From: Antedon mediterranea
Lineage: Eukaryota; Animalia; Echinodermata
Reading direction: 5' to 3'
Length of the DNA: 64,000 bases
NCBI RefSeq assembly: GCF_964355755.1
Contig: NC_092676.1
Coordinates: forward strand, 20,230,871-20,294,870
The position numbers and the translations under genes were made by a program. The notes below the pieces were generated by a model. It saw nothing but the letters and a program-made list of their open reading frames with translations. It was not told the origin of the DNA and did not search any database. Below, one piece after another: positions 11,207 through 24,355 of this stretch (within the stretch, counting starts at the first letter, position 1; the number at the start of each line of letters is the position of its first letter).

Positions 11207-13859
11207 TAATGTATTACTGATTACTTATAGGGCTAGAGTAAAAATGAGTAGGCCTAATAAAAAGTTGTAGGCCTAGGTACTATGTGAAGAATAATAATGT
11301 GTGTGGCCTAAGTAAATGGATAATACATTTGTATATTTTCTTACGGAGAAAATACATAATGTAGTTTTCCATAATTGTACATATTTCTTATTATTGTCAA
11401 ATGTAAAATAAGTTATTACATATTTAAATTATGATTTGACAACAAAAAAAACAAATAAAAAGCTATTCGCTTGTCTAGATTTGGCCTTATAAAAGTATAA
11501 TTGCTCACTTAAGTAACGCAATTATAATTAAATAAATAATACCTTATTATTATTAATATTATGTGTAGTAATTTTATAGGATTTTTTATGTTACGGAATT
11601 TAGGCAAATCAGTTCGTAACAATATTACTAGTGTGTATAATATGCTCAATAATAGGAAACAGTTACATTACTGAATTAACTCTTCCACGGTATTTTGAAA
11701 ATAAAATTGAACAATTATGAGAATTCCAGTTCAAAAATATAGTGGATGATGTAGTACATAAACAATTTGACCTTCAATATTTTATAATGTTTTAGTATTA
11801 GGCATAAGCCTTTTTCTTTGTTTTACAAATCCATTAAATATTCTAATTCAAATCATATTTATCTATGGAAAAAAAATGTTCTTTAATAATAATAATAATT
11901 AGATTTGGTGTTAATTGTAGGAACAAACAGTACTATACAGTAATTTTTTCTTTATCATTTATTTTTCTTGCACGATACAAACTTTACAGCAATCAGAACT
12001 GAAAAATTAGAAGTTACGGTATGAAAAAAACAATTAATCACAAACCATATTTATTTTGAAATATTTTTATGAACAGAAAATAAGAAGAAAGGAAATGAAA
12101 ATAAGGCTTTTAAAACTTTTTAGATTTTTAAGATAATATTTATTTCTCTAATATTTTCCAAACTCTCACAGGTTTTAAGCTTTCCTTTCAATGCTAAAGT
12201 ACTAAGTTGACGACACATTGCGTTCAAATCCAAAACAAATGGGAGAAAATAAGATTAAACGTACAAATAAGGCATTAGCTCTAATTTCTATAAAAAGAAG
12301 ACAAAGTGTACAATCAAACACTACTTGTTTGTTTAGGATATTTATTTTATTTCATAAAAGAACTATATACTGTATGTTTGAGAGAAAGTGTATGTTATGT
12401 ATAACATTTTTTAGAAAGGTAGCCCTAATTTATATTATTTATATTTTAATGTTTATGGGCTAAACTTGATTAATTGTAACCTTTCCCTTGATATAATTAA
12501 TTATTATTATTTGTATGTTACAATGTTTATAATTTATATTTATGGGTAAATAAAGAAAGAAATAGTAATTGAATTTGTATATAATTTCTATACATTATAT
12601 TTTATAAAATTTCTATGCATTTTTTTCTTACGGGATATAAGAATTCATATTCGTGTTTGTGTTCCCTGTGATTGGCCGTGATTGGTTGAAACCGTTCCAC
12701 GTGTTCGTCTCCAGGGAAAGGAGTGTGCCCTGAAATAGGACGGGTTTACTGTACATAAATGTTAAGGATTTTAACCAGTCAATATTTAATCAAAACAGTT
12801 ACAATTATTACTAATATTAATGTGATTCTATAAAATAAATAATTAATAACCTTTCTCAAGATTCGTGTCTAAGGTATATTGATTATATATATTGATTTTT
12901 TTAGATTAAGGAAAAACCAATTCGAAGATATGCTTTTGTTGAACATGCACTCTAAATAATTAATACCTTAATCGTATTGTTAATGATCACAGCAATTATT
13001 AGGGGAAACAGAATATCTAGGTTGAGTATGAGTTACGTGTGGTGGCCACAGACCAAAACGAGACTCAATTAAGGTACTAATAGATTGGGATCATGGGGTT
13101 TGATACAACTTGTATACTATTTTGAATGTATACCGTATCATGTCTACTTGATAGTAAGAAGACCGAACGTTAAGCGAACAAAACTCGGCGTCTCAGATTC
13201 TGTTTCATCTAATAAAAATATCCTATATATGACGATAGGAAATTTCATTGCTTGCATAATAATTATTATGCTTGCATAATAATTATTATTGCTGTTTATT
13301 GGTAGTCAATAACAACATATTAACATAGAATGTGTAATTGTTAAATGATTTGATGCGTAAATATTAAAAACTAACAAGATACAAAAGATTATAAAAGACA
13401 CCAAATTCAATCAATTCTTTATAATTACAGTTTCCTTCATCTATCACCCCGAAGCAAAAACTGCACAATTTTTGATTAATATGAGGAGCGCAATGTAGGA
13501 TTAAGGATTAACCCATAATCAAGAAAATATAAACAATATGCCAGAACATTTGAGACCGGGTTGCGCGCTTCGAGTCTAAAGAGAATAAATTATTCACGTG
13601 GCTATATTGATTATACAAATTTAATACAAATATAGAAATATACTACAATATATTTTGAATATTTATTTATTCATTTCCTTTTATTTCGGATATACATATA
13701 CAAATAAAAAAGAAAAAAAAGAAAACAAAATTTACCAGAAAATTAACAATAGCGACTTCCACAAAAAAACCTACAATATTCTAAAATATCAATTTGCACC
13801 AAGACTGGTTGGTAGGTTGGTTTGTGGAAGTACGTTAACTTTGGTTTTAATTAGACTAT

Positions 13860-14305
13860 TACAACTGTCAGGAATTCTGTTCTTAAAAACATGAATGGAG
13901 TTATATTGTTTGAAGAAACTCAACGGTTCTTTTTTTTAGAACTAATATACGTTGTATATTATCTGGAGTATCTCCAATATTCATAGAATGAGGAACGTTC
14001 TGCCAAAAGCGCCTAAATCTAGATACAATTTAAGACAAGTTAAAGAATTTTGCATTCCAAAAAGTAAAAACGGAACGATCAAAAAATATCATTGTATAAC
14101 TTTGGTCTCTTTCACAAGTGGTAGGCATAAATATCCCTGCACAGTCGTATCTTCCCCTGACTTCTGTTTTGTCTGTTCTTCGATGTTTTGTGTAATTTGA
14201 TTTTTATTGTTGATGGATATGATATATTTTCATTTAAGTATAAGTATATATTTTTGTATAATTCAACCCAAAAGTTGCAATAAAACTATTTTATCAGTTA
14301 TCAGT
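13860..14305 (+). mobile_element. Decayed 3' end of an L2/CR1-group LINE
   Basis: Translation NVLPKAPKSRYNLRQVKEFCIPKSK resembles the ORF2 C-terminal LP..RYNLR..IP motif; followed by a T-rich UTR and CAATAAA. Confidence 0.6.
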
Positions 14306-14444
14306 TTATTCGTTACAAACATCGTGCTTGCGCTATTTTAACTAGGTAATTTCAGTGGTAGCTTACGTAACCAGTTGTCAAAGCAAACTCTAAATGAGTT
14401 TACATAGGCCTAACAGTCTTTCAATAAATTTACTCCATATACAT

Positions 14445-14620
14445 TAGACTTGCCCCAAGTCTGTATACATTGTCTTTTTTTGTTTTGTTTATTTGATTTT
14501 ATTTCGATTTTTGTGTGAATATATTCAAGCTGAAGTATACGTATGAAACGCCATATGTGCCAAAACATTTATCTTTTTACTAATATTAAGACAAAACTCT
14601 CTATGGAACCCAGACTACAT
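14445..14620 (+). mobile_element. Dispersed repeat family D
   Basis: AGACTTGCCCCAAGTCTGTA...TATACGTATGAAACGCCATATGTGCCAAAA...AGACTACA; other copies at about 42505-42666 (+), 58230-58428 (-) and 30170-30225 (-). Confidence 0.65.
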
Positions 14621-14883
14621 ATACATATACACTGTTTAGTACTTTTTTGAATAAACGAGTTTAAACTACGCCATAAATATGTCGTTCACTTCACGTTGCA
14701 CATCTTATCTTATCGTATCATGCCTACTTTTTAATAAGAATAACGACCGTTAATCGATCAAATGATTCTCGTAGTATATCGTTAATGAATAACATTTTCA
14801 TTCTAAAAACTAATTATAAGTGTAAATACGATATTCAAATTCTAATTGATCATTCTTGACCGCAAGTTGTCAGGATACCATAC

Positions 14884-14991
14884 GGAGAATATGTACATAT
14901 ACTGTTGGTATTTGTCGCAGCAAGACATAAGATGAAAAGACTGTTACGAGTTCCTATCTTTGCAAGGCAATCCTGTTGTTAAATTGCCTTG
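14884..14991 (+). mobile_element. Family B copy (right end)
   Basis: GGAGAATATGTACAT...CATAAGATGAAAAGACTGTTACGAG...CCTGTTGTTAAATTGCCTTG, matching 148-242. Confidence 0.6.
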
Positions 14992-15209
14992 TAGGATTAT
15001 CATTATAGCGCATTTGTAGTCTGTATTAAGTAAAGAGGAATGCATTGATACAATTTGATATACGCCCAGGTGGGCGAGGGCGTGGGAGGGGTCCGAAGAG
15101 TCGTGAACCCCATGCCACCCCTCCCCTTAGATGTATCACACATTGTAAATGGTATGACTAAACGATGCATTCTTTTGTATTTTACAGATTTATACTTTGA
15201 AATAAGTTC

Positions 15210-16262
15210 ATGATGAACGCAACTGATGACGATATGTATTCTCCACTATCAACAACCGAGTGTGAAGAAATCATAAGAGAGCCTATTGATTTTACAAATC
15301 CGTATACAGGATTACTACTAGGCTTCGGTTTGATAGGCTCAATTGGTAACGCTATGGTAATTGGCGTGATCGTCAGCTCCAAGTCTCTTCGATCTAAGAT
15401 GACCTACAAGTTGGTGTGCAACCTCGCATGTGCAGATTTCATAGCATCACTTTTCATGATTCCACGACCAGATGTACTCTATGATCAAAGCATTGCGATG
15501 AGATTTGTCTGCCGAGTTTACGGTTCTGATTTCCCGCTCTGGATGAGTTTTGTAGTGTCTGTAATGGCATTACTAATGATGGCGTTGGATCGTTACTGGG
15601 CCATCGTAACTCCACTGAGATACCAGACAATCGTGTACTCAAAGAAGCGCTACCTACTCCTTGTCTTCCCGTGGGTTGCTGGAGTTTTGATACAGGGCTT
15701 CTGTATAATCGTCAGAGATGTTGATGAGTGCGGTAAATGTAAGAACTTTTACAACTGGGAATACGCTCTACCTTTAGTCGGCAGTTCGGTGTTTATATTT
15801 TCCTACTTAATACCTATCACCTGTATGATGTTCGTTTACTACAAGATCATACAAGGTATGGCTACAATGGCGAAAAACATGGTCACATACAAACAAGACC
15901 AGTCAGCTAAAAAGTTAGAGAAAACTAAGACAAAGATGGTGTGGGTATTCTTCGGTTTGACTGTATTCTTCACAATAACATGGGGGCCAGATCAGTTCTT
16001 ATACCTGTCATACACTATGGGTGCTTCTGTGTACAAGGGGACGGTATATAACAAACTTATCGTTCTTATTGCGTATGCGAATAGCATAATAAACCCACTA
16101 GTGTACGCGTTTACGCAAAAGACAGTGCGAAAGAAATTGGGAATCGATTGCAAGAAGAAACGACGACGAGATCAAACAGCATACTCAATCGACAACAATT
16201 CATCAGCAATCGACAACACAAGCCAGTCAAGAATGTCAAATACCTCTATAAGTTCCATTTAA
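15210..16262 (+). CDS. Rhodopsin-class (class A) orphan GPCR-1, loosely galanin/allatostatin-A-receptor-like, intronless CDS
   Basis: 350 aa with 7 hydrophobic segments; GN (TM1), NLACAD (TM2), DRY, TWGP (TM6), NSIINPLVY (NPxxY), N-glycosylation sequon NAT, S/T-rich tail; acceptor ttttacag ending at 15187. Confidence 0.95.
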   Translation: MMNATDDDMYSPLSTTECEEIIREPIDFTNPYTGLLLGFGLIGSIGNAMVIGVIVSSKSLRSKMTYKLVCNLACADFIASLFMIPRPDVLYDQSIAMRFVCRVYGSDFPLWMSFVVSVMALLMMALDRYWAIVTPLRYQTIVYSKKRYLLLVFPWVAGVLIQGFCIIVRDVDECGKCKNFYNWEYALPLVGSSVFIFSYLIPITCMMFVYYKIIQGMATMAKNMVTYKQDQSAKKLEKTKTKMVWVFFGLTVFFTITWGPDQFLYLSYTMGASVYKGTVYNKLIVLIAYANSIINPLVYAFTQKTVRKKLGIDCKKKRRRDQTAYSIDNNSSAIDNTSQSRMSNTSISSI

Positions 16263-16709
16263 AGTTATATGTGGCACTGCAGTTACAGAATACTCGCAAC
16301 TTCATATGATTTTCGTACGGATGTCAAGAGACAAAAACTAGTCATTCAACCCAAATGGCATGGCTTTCGGAAAAGGGTCTACTAATAGAGACGCGCGATA
16401 GCACCCAATGCACCTCGCATGTCACACGTAATGTAATTGTTTACACAATCAGTATTGTATCTACAACATAAATGTCTATTGACTATTCAATTATCCACTA
16501 TTATTTAGTGCAACGTGGAAAAAAAAACTATGCATTAACAAAATCGATGACTAGGTACTTTATATCAATATTATTCAAACGCGTGCGCACAAATACTGTC
16601 CTTAGTAATTCAATGTTGATAGATAATACTATAAAGATGAATTCATTGTTTCGTTACGAGTTATGTGTTTGCTTATAATTTAAAAGAAATTTAATATATA
16701 TAATCAATA

Positions 16710-16915
16710 TGAATTATTATTAGTAAAGAAAGATCAAAGCGCCGTACATAGTAATAACAGAACCGGTATAATGATATATAACATATAAATGCTTTAAGAT
16801 CGCAACTTAGGAAGCAAGTAAGTTTTAATATGCTTCTTAAAAACATGAGAACTAGGAGCCTGACCAATTACTAAGGAGATACTATTCCAAAACCAGGGAT
16901 AGAAAACGCATTGTC
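16710..16915 (-). mobile_element. Decayed L2-like LINE 3' end
   Basis: Minus-strand translation WNSISLVIGQAPSSHVFKKH resembles the WNSLP...FK C-terminus; tail GTACGGCGCTTTGA. Confidence 0.5.
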
Positions 16916-19900
16916 CAAAACCCCTAGTGACAGGGACAGAAAGGCCTAGAATGTCCATGGATGATCTAAGGCCAGTTATAGGCCTAGCCTACGACAAGGC
17001 CCATGTAAATGAATGATATCTTGCAATGTATTTCGGGACACTATAAACAATGTTGTACTTATCAAGTCAGGATTTTTACAGGGGGGTTTTTTTTCCCCAA
17101 AAAAAGGCACTTATCCCCTTTATGGGAATTACCCTCCGGTGTAACCTCCCCCATCCAATGACTGCCTTATAAGATTTAATATCAAACGTCCTATATCAAA
17201 ACACCAATGAAAAGGCAGAAGAACACTAAATTGCTCTCCCTGTGTGCTCCCCTACGAACCCCTGGCTACGGGCTTGGTAATGCAGTGATGCGATAAAATA
17301 TCTGATTAGGCCTACTAACTCAATTTTTATTTTAAATTCTACCCATGTAATCAGCCTTGTTTGTTTCCATTAGTATTGTAGGCCTACTTACTTCTTCATC
17401 ACTATTTCTTTAAATACTATATTTTAGGGCTATTCAGTATTTAGTCTTAAGTGCCGCAATAAAATTACCACACCACATATTTTTGCTTCATTCAAAGAAA
17501 AATGGTAAACATTCTACATATATACTATTATCTTAACACCTTTTGTGATTTCTAAACACACGTGTTAAGTGTAGTATGTTATGAAGTCACATAACATTCA
17601 GTTAATGAGACAAAAAATACTGTGTTTAATATTTATGACAATTGTTTTAATTAGCTTCGTTGAATGTTGACAAATTAGTTTTAAAGACAAATTTATTTAT
17701 TGTTGCAACCTGGAATATAGCACCTGATTCTCGTATTTGAAAAAGAGGCAATGTAGGCCTATAAAGTGTAGTCAGGAGACAGAGGGCTGTAGTCAGTCAG
17801 TAGACAAGAAACTCCAGGCACTGTTTATTGCGTTCGAACGCGTTCAATTGAGTCAATAAATAATTTCCACTAAATAAAATGATAACGCGTGAAACATGCC
17901 AAAATCTTTCATTGATGTGCGTCCAAAACTACTTTTTTTTGGTTGCTATATTATTCAAATATTCCTATATATTGGAATTTACGAACATTGAAGCTTAAAA
18001 CGTGCTGAGAAATTTTAATTTAATTTAAAACTTCCTCATATTATCAATTTATAGCATAATACACAATTGTCCTTTGTAATGTCATGTACAATAAATATTT
18101 AGTGTCACTCCTCGTGTACGAGTTAATTTGGCACATATAATTATTAGTCACGCACTGTGATGCATTTATCAAATTGATATTCAGTATTAGATGTTATGGA
18201 CACATTATCATTAAGAAATAATAATACACACTGCAGGTCTACTTTTCATGACAATATCGAAATATTGATCATGTTTGACGGCGTCGTGTATGCATCACAC
18301 ATAATGTCTCTTTTGGTGATTGTTGTACTGTCATCAACCTTGCGGCTACTAAAATAATATTTGTTTGATACGTGTTTTGTATTAATTTTAAAATGTTATA
18401 TCGTTTGAGTATCTAATCAAGTTGAATCGATTAACTATTGTTATTTATACAATGCATTGTACTGACCACTACCGACTTTCGCCCGTATACTATGTAAATG
18501 AGTTTGTACTTATGACGTCATCGAATTGAAGAAATAAATTCAGTCCTTAAGTCCAATTTAAGTTAAATTACACAAACCAATGTCAGAGACTGAGATACCT
18601 ACCTGTGGCATGCCATTGTTTAGTGTCTATAACTTTTGTATGGGTATGGATGTAATGAAATAGACTACACAAACCAACAGTGGTTTACCGCCTGTCCTGT
18701 GGCATACGGTATTGTAGTATCTTTGTGGTGTGGTAGTCTAGAGGTAGTAGTGTGCTTGTGATAGCAAGTACGAAATCTCACCAAATTGACTTAGAGCATC
18801 AACAATGGGTTTCTCTCTATTCTGTACCATTTTATCCAGGAAGAGTGTATTTTAAACTCTCATAATTGGCCATAAATGTCTTTCTTCTTGCCTTCCATTC
18901 CAATAGACGGTACCGTATTCAACCGAGCACCAGTTACTAAGCAATAGACTTGTGTTTTGTAAAAATAAAAATTGATAGATAGATATAGAACTTTGTATGA
19001 AAGATTTGAGAAAGAAAACAGCAAAATGTTTCCCACAAAAAGTATATTTAAATATAAAATGTAAAGACAATCGAATCATATTTGTGCATTTTTATTCTAA
19101 ATGATGCTATTTTTTATATTCATAATGTGTTTTGTAATGTAACGTTTAGTGCAATAAAATGTATAGTCACATGGTTACCTTGTGGTTTTATCTATTTTGT
19201 AAATCCAAAATAAAGTAGTTTTGTCTTTTTTGTTTATCTCAAAATTCTCATTTTTCAAATTACTATTTTATTTTACATCTTGTCTTTTTTTTAAATCGAA
19301 AAGTACTCCTTATTTGTAAGTTAAATTAACCTAATTTCTCCCATTTAAAAAAAAACATGGTTTGATTTGAACGCGGTTGTCGTCAACTTAGTACGTCTCT
19401 AGCCTTCAGCAGAATTCACATGAACTTTTTGAATTTACAGGCACAGTATTAACTTTGTGTACTTTGATAATAGCAACCCTCTCGCCTAGCCTTTTTTTCA
19501 GATTCAAGATGGAAGCATTAGATTCATTTAGAAACAATTTTACTTTTATAGAACAGTGATGAATGTGTGTATTATTATGAGAGAGTGACTGACCTATTTA
19601 ACTTAGTGAAACTGAGTTAAATAGGACATTCAATCATTCAACATGTCTTTATTTCCAAATGACAATCGAATTAAATAATTATTACAATTAAGTTTCCACA
19701 AACGACTCAATGTAATAACAATACGATAAGCAATAACATTTTGATAGAATTTTAAATAATCCAAATGATACTTAATGTATATACACTATGCTGTTCTAGT
19801 TTGTATTATAATAAGAACACTGAATTCGATTTACCTATATTAACAACCATTATTAAATAAACAAAGAAAAAAACATACAATATAGAATGAATATTTTTAA

Positions 19901-20324
19901 AATTTTTTTTTTTAGCTTATTAAAAAACCAGAAAAGTTTTCCAAATGCAAATTAACCCACGATCACATAATATTGGCGATGATGTATAGTTTAAGTTTTA
20001 GTGGGATTTACTTTTTGGCGTACATGGCGTGTCATAGCCTATTTAACAGGAGCAGAACCTACCTAAAAAAGTTGGCAGAATCTAGTCAAGTTCAAGAACT
20101 GTCATTTTATTTTCATTTATTTTTTCAATTATTTATTCGACACAATCGGTCAAGGGGTTGCGACAGCAACAATGCGCCATAACACGAGTGTGTCCGCAAC
20201 CATAATACAATACAATATAAACGAAATTTGCTTTCCGAGCATAGAGGTATAAATAAATTAATAATTGTGTCACACTGTTTCTTGGTATCCATTCAGTGAT
20301 AGTTTGCCAAAATGTAATGCCTCG

Positions 20325-20635
20325 TTTTTAGTCGCGTGGACGCGACTCTATAGTTCACTATGTCGGTCGGTCGGTCTGTCTGTCTGTCTGTCTGTCGGTC
20401 TGTCTGTCTATCGGTCTGTCTGTCGGTCCGGTATCACTATGCGTTTTATCGCTTTTCTGTACTTTTTGAACTGTTTTGATATCAACATGTGGGCATTTAC
20501 GTGAAATTGTGCACCTCCTATTGTGAATGACGTTAGAGTTGCGCAACACGCGCATTTAAAATTTTAAAATGCGCAAAATTGATTTTTAATCAACTTTCTA
20601 CGCGTTTCTTGTCATTTTGAGCTGTTGGCCTTGTT
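20325..20635 (+). mobile_element. Helentron-associated/DINE-1-like non-autonomous element
   Basis: Starts in a T-run, short hairpin AGTCGCGTGGACGCGACT, (GTCG/GTCT)n microsatellite, ends GGCCTTGTT; related fragment at about 47970-48055. Confidence 0.65.
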
Positions 20636-21582
20636 ATTCTGCAGGTGGCGCTATGTTAATTATTCTGCCAGAGTCATTGCTTATCATATAAGATAATCAG
20701 GGAAACTGTTAATAGTCTTTTTATAGAGATACACCATAAATACAACATAAATTGTGTGGCATTTAATCACAAGATGTCAATCGTACAAGATCTTTCATTA
20801 AAAGGTTTCTTTACTCTTGACACTACTCCTTAAGTTACACGATATTAAATTGAAACATTGATTCGAGTTAAAGCAATATAGTAGTCGATGATCAGAATCT
20901 CAATTAACCAGTTGATATTCTATATGTTTAACAAGTTCATTTGTAATGTAACTATTCCACACGAATCTCAGTTCATGCGTGAGTTGACAGGAATAAAAGG
21001 AGACAAACATCGTTTTTTACTAGTTTTGTTCTAGAAGTTCATATTATGAACAAACCATGTTTACGAAACGATTCAAAATATGTGTTATGTAAACGCAATG
21101 TCGTGTCTGTAAAATGATCTAGATAATTGATGGGTTTCACTAACGCCTAATTTATTCTAGCTAATAATTTTCTATCTATTCAGTAAACAAAATTCAGTTA
21201 CGACAATAAAGCAGCATTATTAAATGTATTATATTCTGATTCTTTCTTCAAGAAGACACTTCTCTCAGAAAGTTTTTGCAGCAAAGATTTTGTTATTTAA
21301 TGTAAGTTGTAAATCTTTTTTTGTTTATTTGTTATTTTATACATTTTCTGTGGTATAATTTTGGCCAGTATAATGTTACAGAATTAATTGTTTACCTACA
21401 CTGGTATATATACTACCGAAACTACAAATTTGGCAGTGTTTCGGTTATACAGATTTCCTATGCGAAGGTTTTCATCGTTAAGATTATATTTTTATTGTTT
21501 ATGGCTAAATGGCTAATTTTCCGATACATTAAAGCATTGTTGTAAAACTTGTTCTTAATTACAAAGGAACCGTTTAAACTGA

Positions 21583-22500
21583 ATGTCTAAGATGAACACG
21601 ACAACGTGCGAAGCTACAGTTGTTACCAATACTGCTGAAGACCCCTTCAAGATCATGGTGATGTGTTTTGGGTTGATAGGTTTAATTGGTAACTCTATCG
21701 TAATTTTCGTCATCATTACATACAAATATCTTCGATCAAAGATGACATACCAGTTAGTGTGTAATCTGGCCGTTTGTGATTTCACCTCATCTTTATTCAT
21801 GATTCCTGTATCTGACATCAAATACGATCAAAGTATTCTAATGAATATAGTTTGCCGAATTTATGGTTCACACTTTCTAATGTGGGCGTGTTTGTCTGCT
21901 TCTGTGATGGGCCTGTTGATGATCGCATTGGATCGTTATTGGGCTGTAGTCACTCCTCTAAAATACCAAACAATCATTTTCTCTAAGAAGCGTTACTTTA
22001 TGTTAATTTTCCCGTGGCTTGCTGGAATGTTCTTACAAGTATTTAATGTCTTTGCTAGCTTTGTCGATGAATGCGGCCAATGCCTGGAAACATTCCATAG
22101 AGATTATGTGTTTACGCCTATTGCAGTAACCGTTTTCTTATTTTCGTACCTAATTCCTATAATATACATGTTTTTTATTTACAAGACGATAATCAAAAGT
22201 ATGGGGGAAATGGCAAATAATATGAATAAATATCAACAAAACCATGCTGCTAAAACTCTAACAAAAACTAAATCCAAAATGATGTGGGTTTTCATGTTCT
22301 TGACAGTTTTCTTTACAATAACTTGGGGTCCAAATAAGTTAATTTGGCTGTATGCTTCGTTAACTGGTCACTCGTTATGTAACAAAATGCCCCAATTATG
22401 TAAAATCATGTTACTAATAGCGTATTCAAACAGCATTCTGAATCCGTTTGTGTATGCGTTTACACAGAAGAAAGTTAGGAAAAATGTATGCTTTAAATAA
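21583..22500 (+). CDS. Class A orphan GPCR-2, intronless CDS
   Basis: 305 aa; GN, NLAVCD, DRY, TWGP, NSILNPFVY; clear paralog of GPCR-1; very short C-tail. Confidence 0.93.
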   Translation: MSKMNTTTCEATVVTNTAEDPFKIMVMCFGLIGLIGNSIVIFVIITYKYLRSKMTYQLVCNLAVCDFTSSLFMIPVSDIKYDQSILMNIVCRIYGSHFLMWACLSASVMGLLMIALDRYWAVVTPLKYQTIIFSKKRYFMLIFPWLAGMFLQVFNVFASFVDECGQCLETFHRDYVFTPIAVTVFLFSYLIPIIYMFFIYKTIIKSMGEMANNMNKYQQNHAAKTLTKTKSKMMWVFMFLTVFFTITWGPNKLIWLYASLTGHSLCNKMPQLCKIMLLIAYSNSILNPFVYAFTQKKVRKNVCFK

Positions 22501-24355
22501 AAATGTTAATGACAGGGAAAGTTGAAAAAGTATAACAAAAAGATATTTAACGTGTACAGCGATGGTACTACACCATAGTAGGTTGTACGCACTTATAGGC
22601 CTACATATTTTACAAAATATAAATAAGATTTTTTACTGACAGTAATCATTAGATTGATTATATTTACAACATAACTAGTTTCAGAAAACAGCAATTGATG
22701 ATATAAGAAGGTACATGCTGGAGTTAGAATTAAATCACGAAGTCATTGATACCCACATCATTGTCATTTTTAATAATTTGCCTTTTGATTGATAAAGATA
22801 ATGATTTAGAAATATTAGGAAACATAATCTAAGTTAACAACTTAATTGTATATTTCTACTCTGAACCACTGGAGCACATTCCACTATTGTGCAATACCAA
22901 AAGTGTCCAAACTTTGAAAAAGTGAGGCCAGCCATGATTCTATATTTCTAACTTTATTCTTATCATAATGCCATGCCGCAGCATTTTCATAGTTTGTTTT
23001 ATATTACCCCAATTGTAAGTGCCTTTATTAAAAATAGAAGAAAAGTCTGATTACTTTTCAGAACAATTACAAATTTACCAACACAATACTGTCGCAATCA
23101 CTGGCTGCATTATACTAATTGTTCTTGTATGTTTGTTAGTTTTTCTTTTAATAGCGATACAGCAGACCATATAAAATATAACTATTGTGTGGCGTCATTT
23201 AATCACGAGATGTCAATCGTTTAGCATCTTTCATTAAAAACCTTTTTTTTCGTATTGACATTCCTCCTTAAATTACACGATATTACATTGAAACATGATT
23301 CGAATTATAGAAATAGTAGTCGGTATGAACGAACCTAATTATGTAACCAAATCTCAGAACAATAAAACCAATTCTTAATTAACCAGTTGATGTTATCATG
23401 AAAGACAATGATAATTGTTTGGATTGAACTAGTCGAGGATTGAACAAAACTATCATCTAAGCTAAAACAGTTTATTTGTATCGGATGATGTTCTTCTCTA
23501 TGTTATATAACGAAACTGTCCACGTGAATCTTAGTACAACGAAGCAAGTTGAAAGGGCCTGAAAAGGAGATTCACCTTGGAGGAAATTTAGGTAGGCATC
23601 GCAGCGACATTTTCTAACCGAATTAACATGTTGTGGTGGGCTTCTAGAGATAATAATGTAGGCTGCTTGGTTGTTTAATATTTTGGAAAGGTTAATTTAA
23701 AACAGGCAAAAACATTTGGAAACAACCAATGCCTAGCTGTTCACGCTAATGTATTTTAATGAACTCGTTTTGTTTTGGCAGTTTATGAACAGACCATGTT
23801 TACGAAACCATTCAAAATGTGTGTTATGTAAACGTAATGTCGTGTCTGTAAAATAGTCCAGCTAATTGATGGGTTTCACTAACGCCTAATTTATTCCAGC
23901 CAATAATCTTCTATCTATTCAGTAAATAAAATTCAGTTACGGTAATAAAGCAACAATATTAAATGCATTATATTCTGATTCTTTCTTCAAGAAGACACTC
24001 CTCAGACGTGTATTAAGTTGTTTCAGCGAAGATTTTTTAATGTAATGTAAGTTGTCAAATTCTTCTTTCTTTTTTGTTATATATATTATTTATTTGGTAT
24101 AGTTTAGGCCTGTTCTCACCAGTCTAATGTGTGATTCCATTAACTTTCCGACACGAATTTTTCTCATGTTTCGGTTTCTATATTGGTGTATAACATTGTG
24201 TACAAACAACTTGTGCAGTGTTTTTCGAAGGTTCCTTGGTTAAAATTATGTACCCTAAAATATTGTCAGTTGGTATGGATAAAAACGCTTTTTTAATATA
24301 TCAATAATCATTTTGACTAAACTTGTTCTTATTTACAAGAAACTAATTGTCGAAG

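Noticed and set aside
20265-20555. ORFs with SVCL/QTDR repeats
   Set aside because: Translations of the (GTCT/GTCG)n microsatellite inside a DINE-like element.
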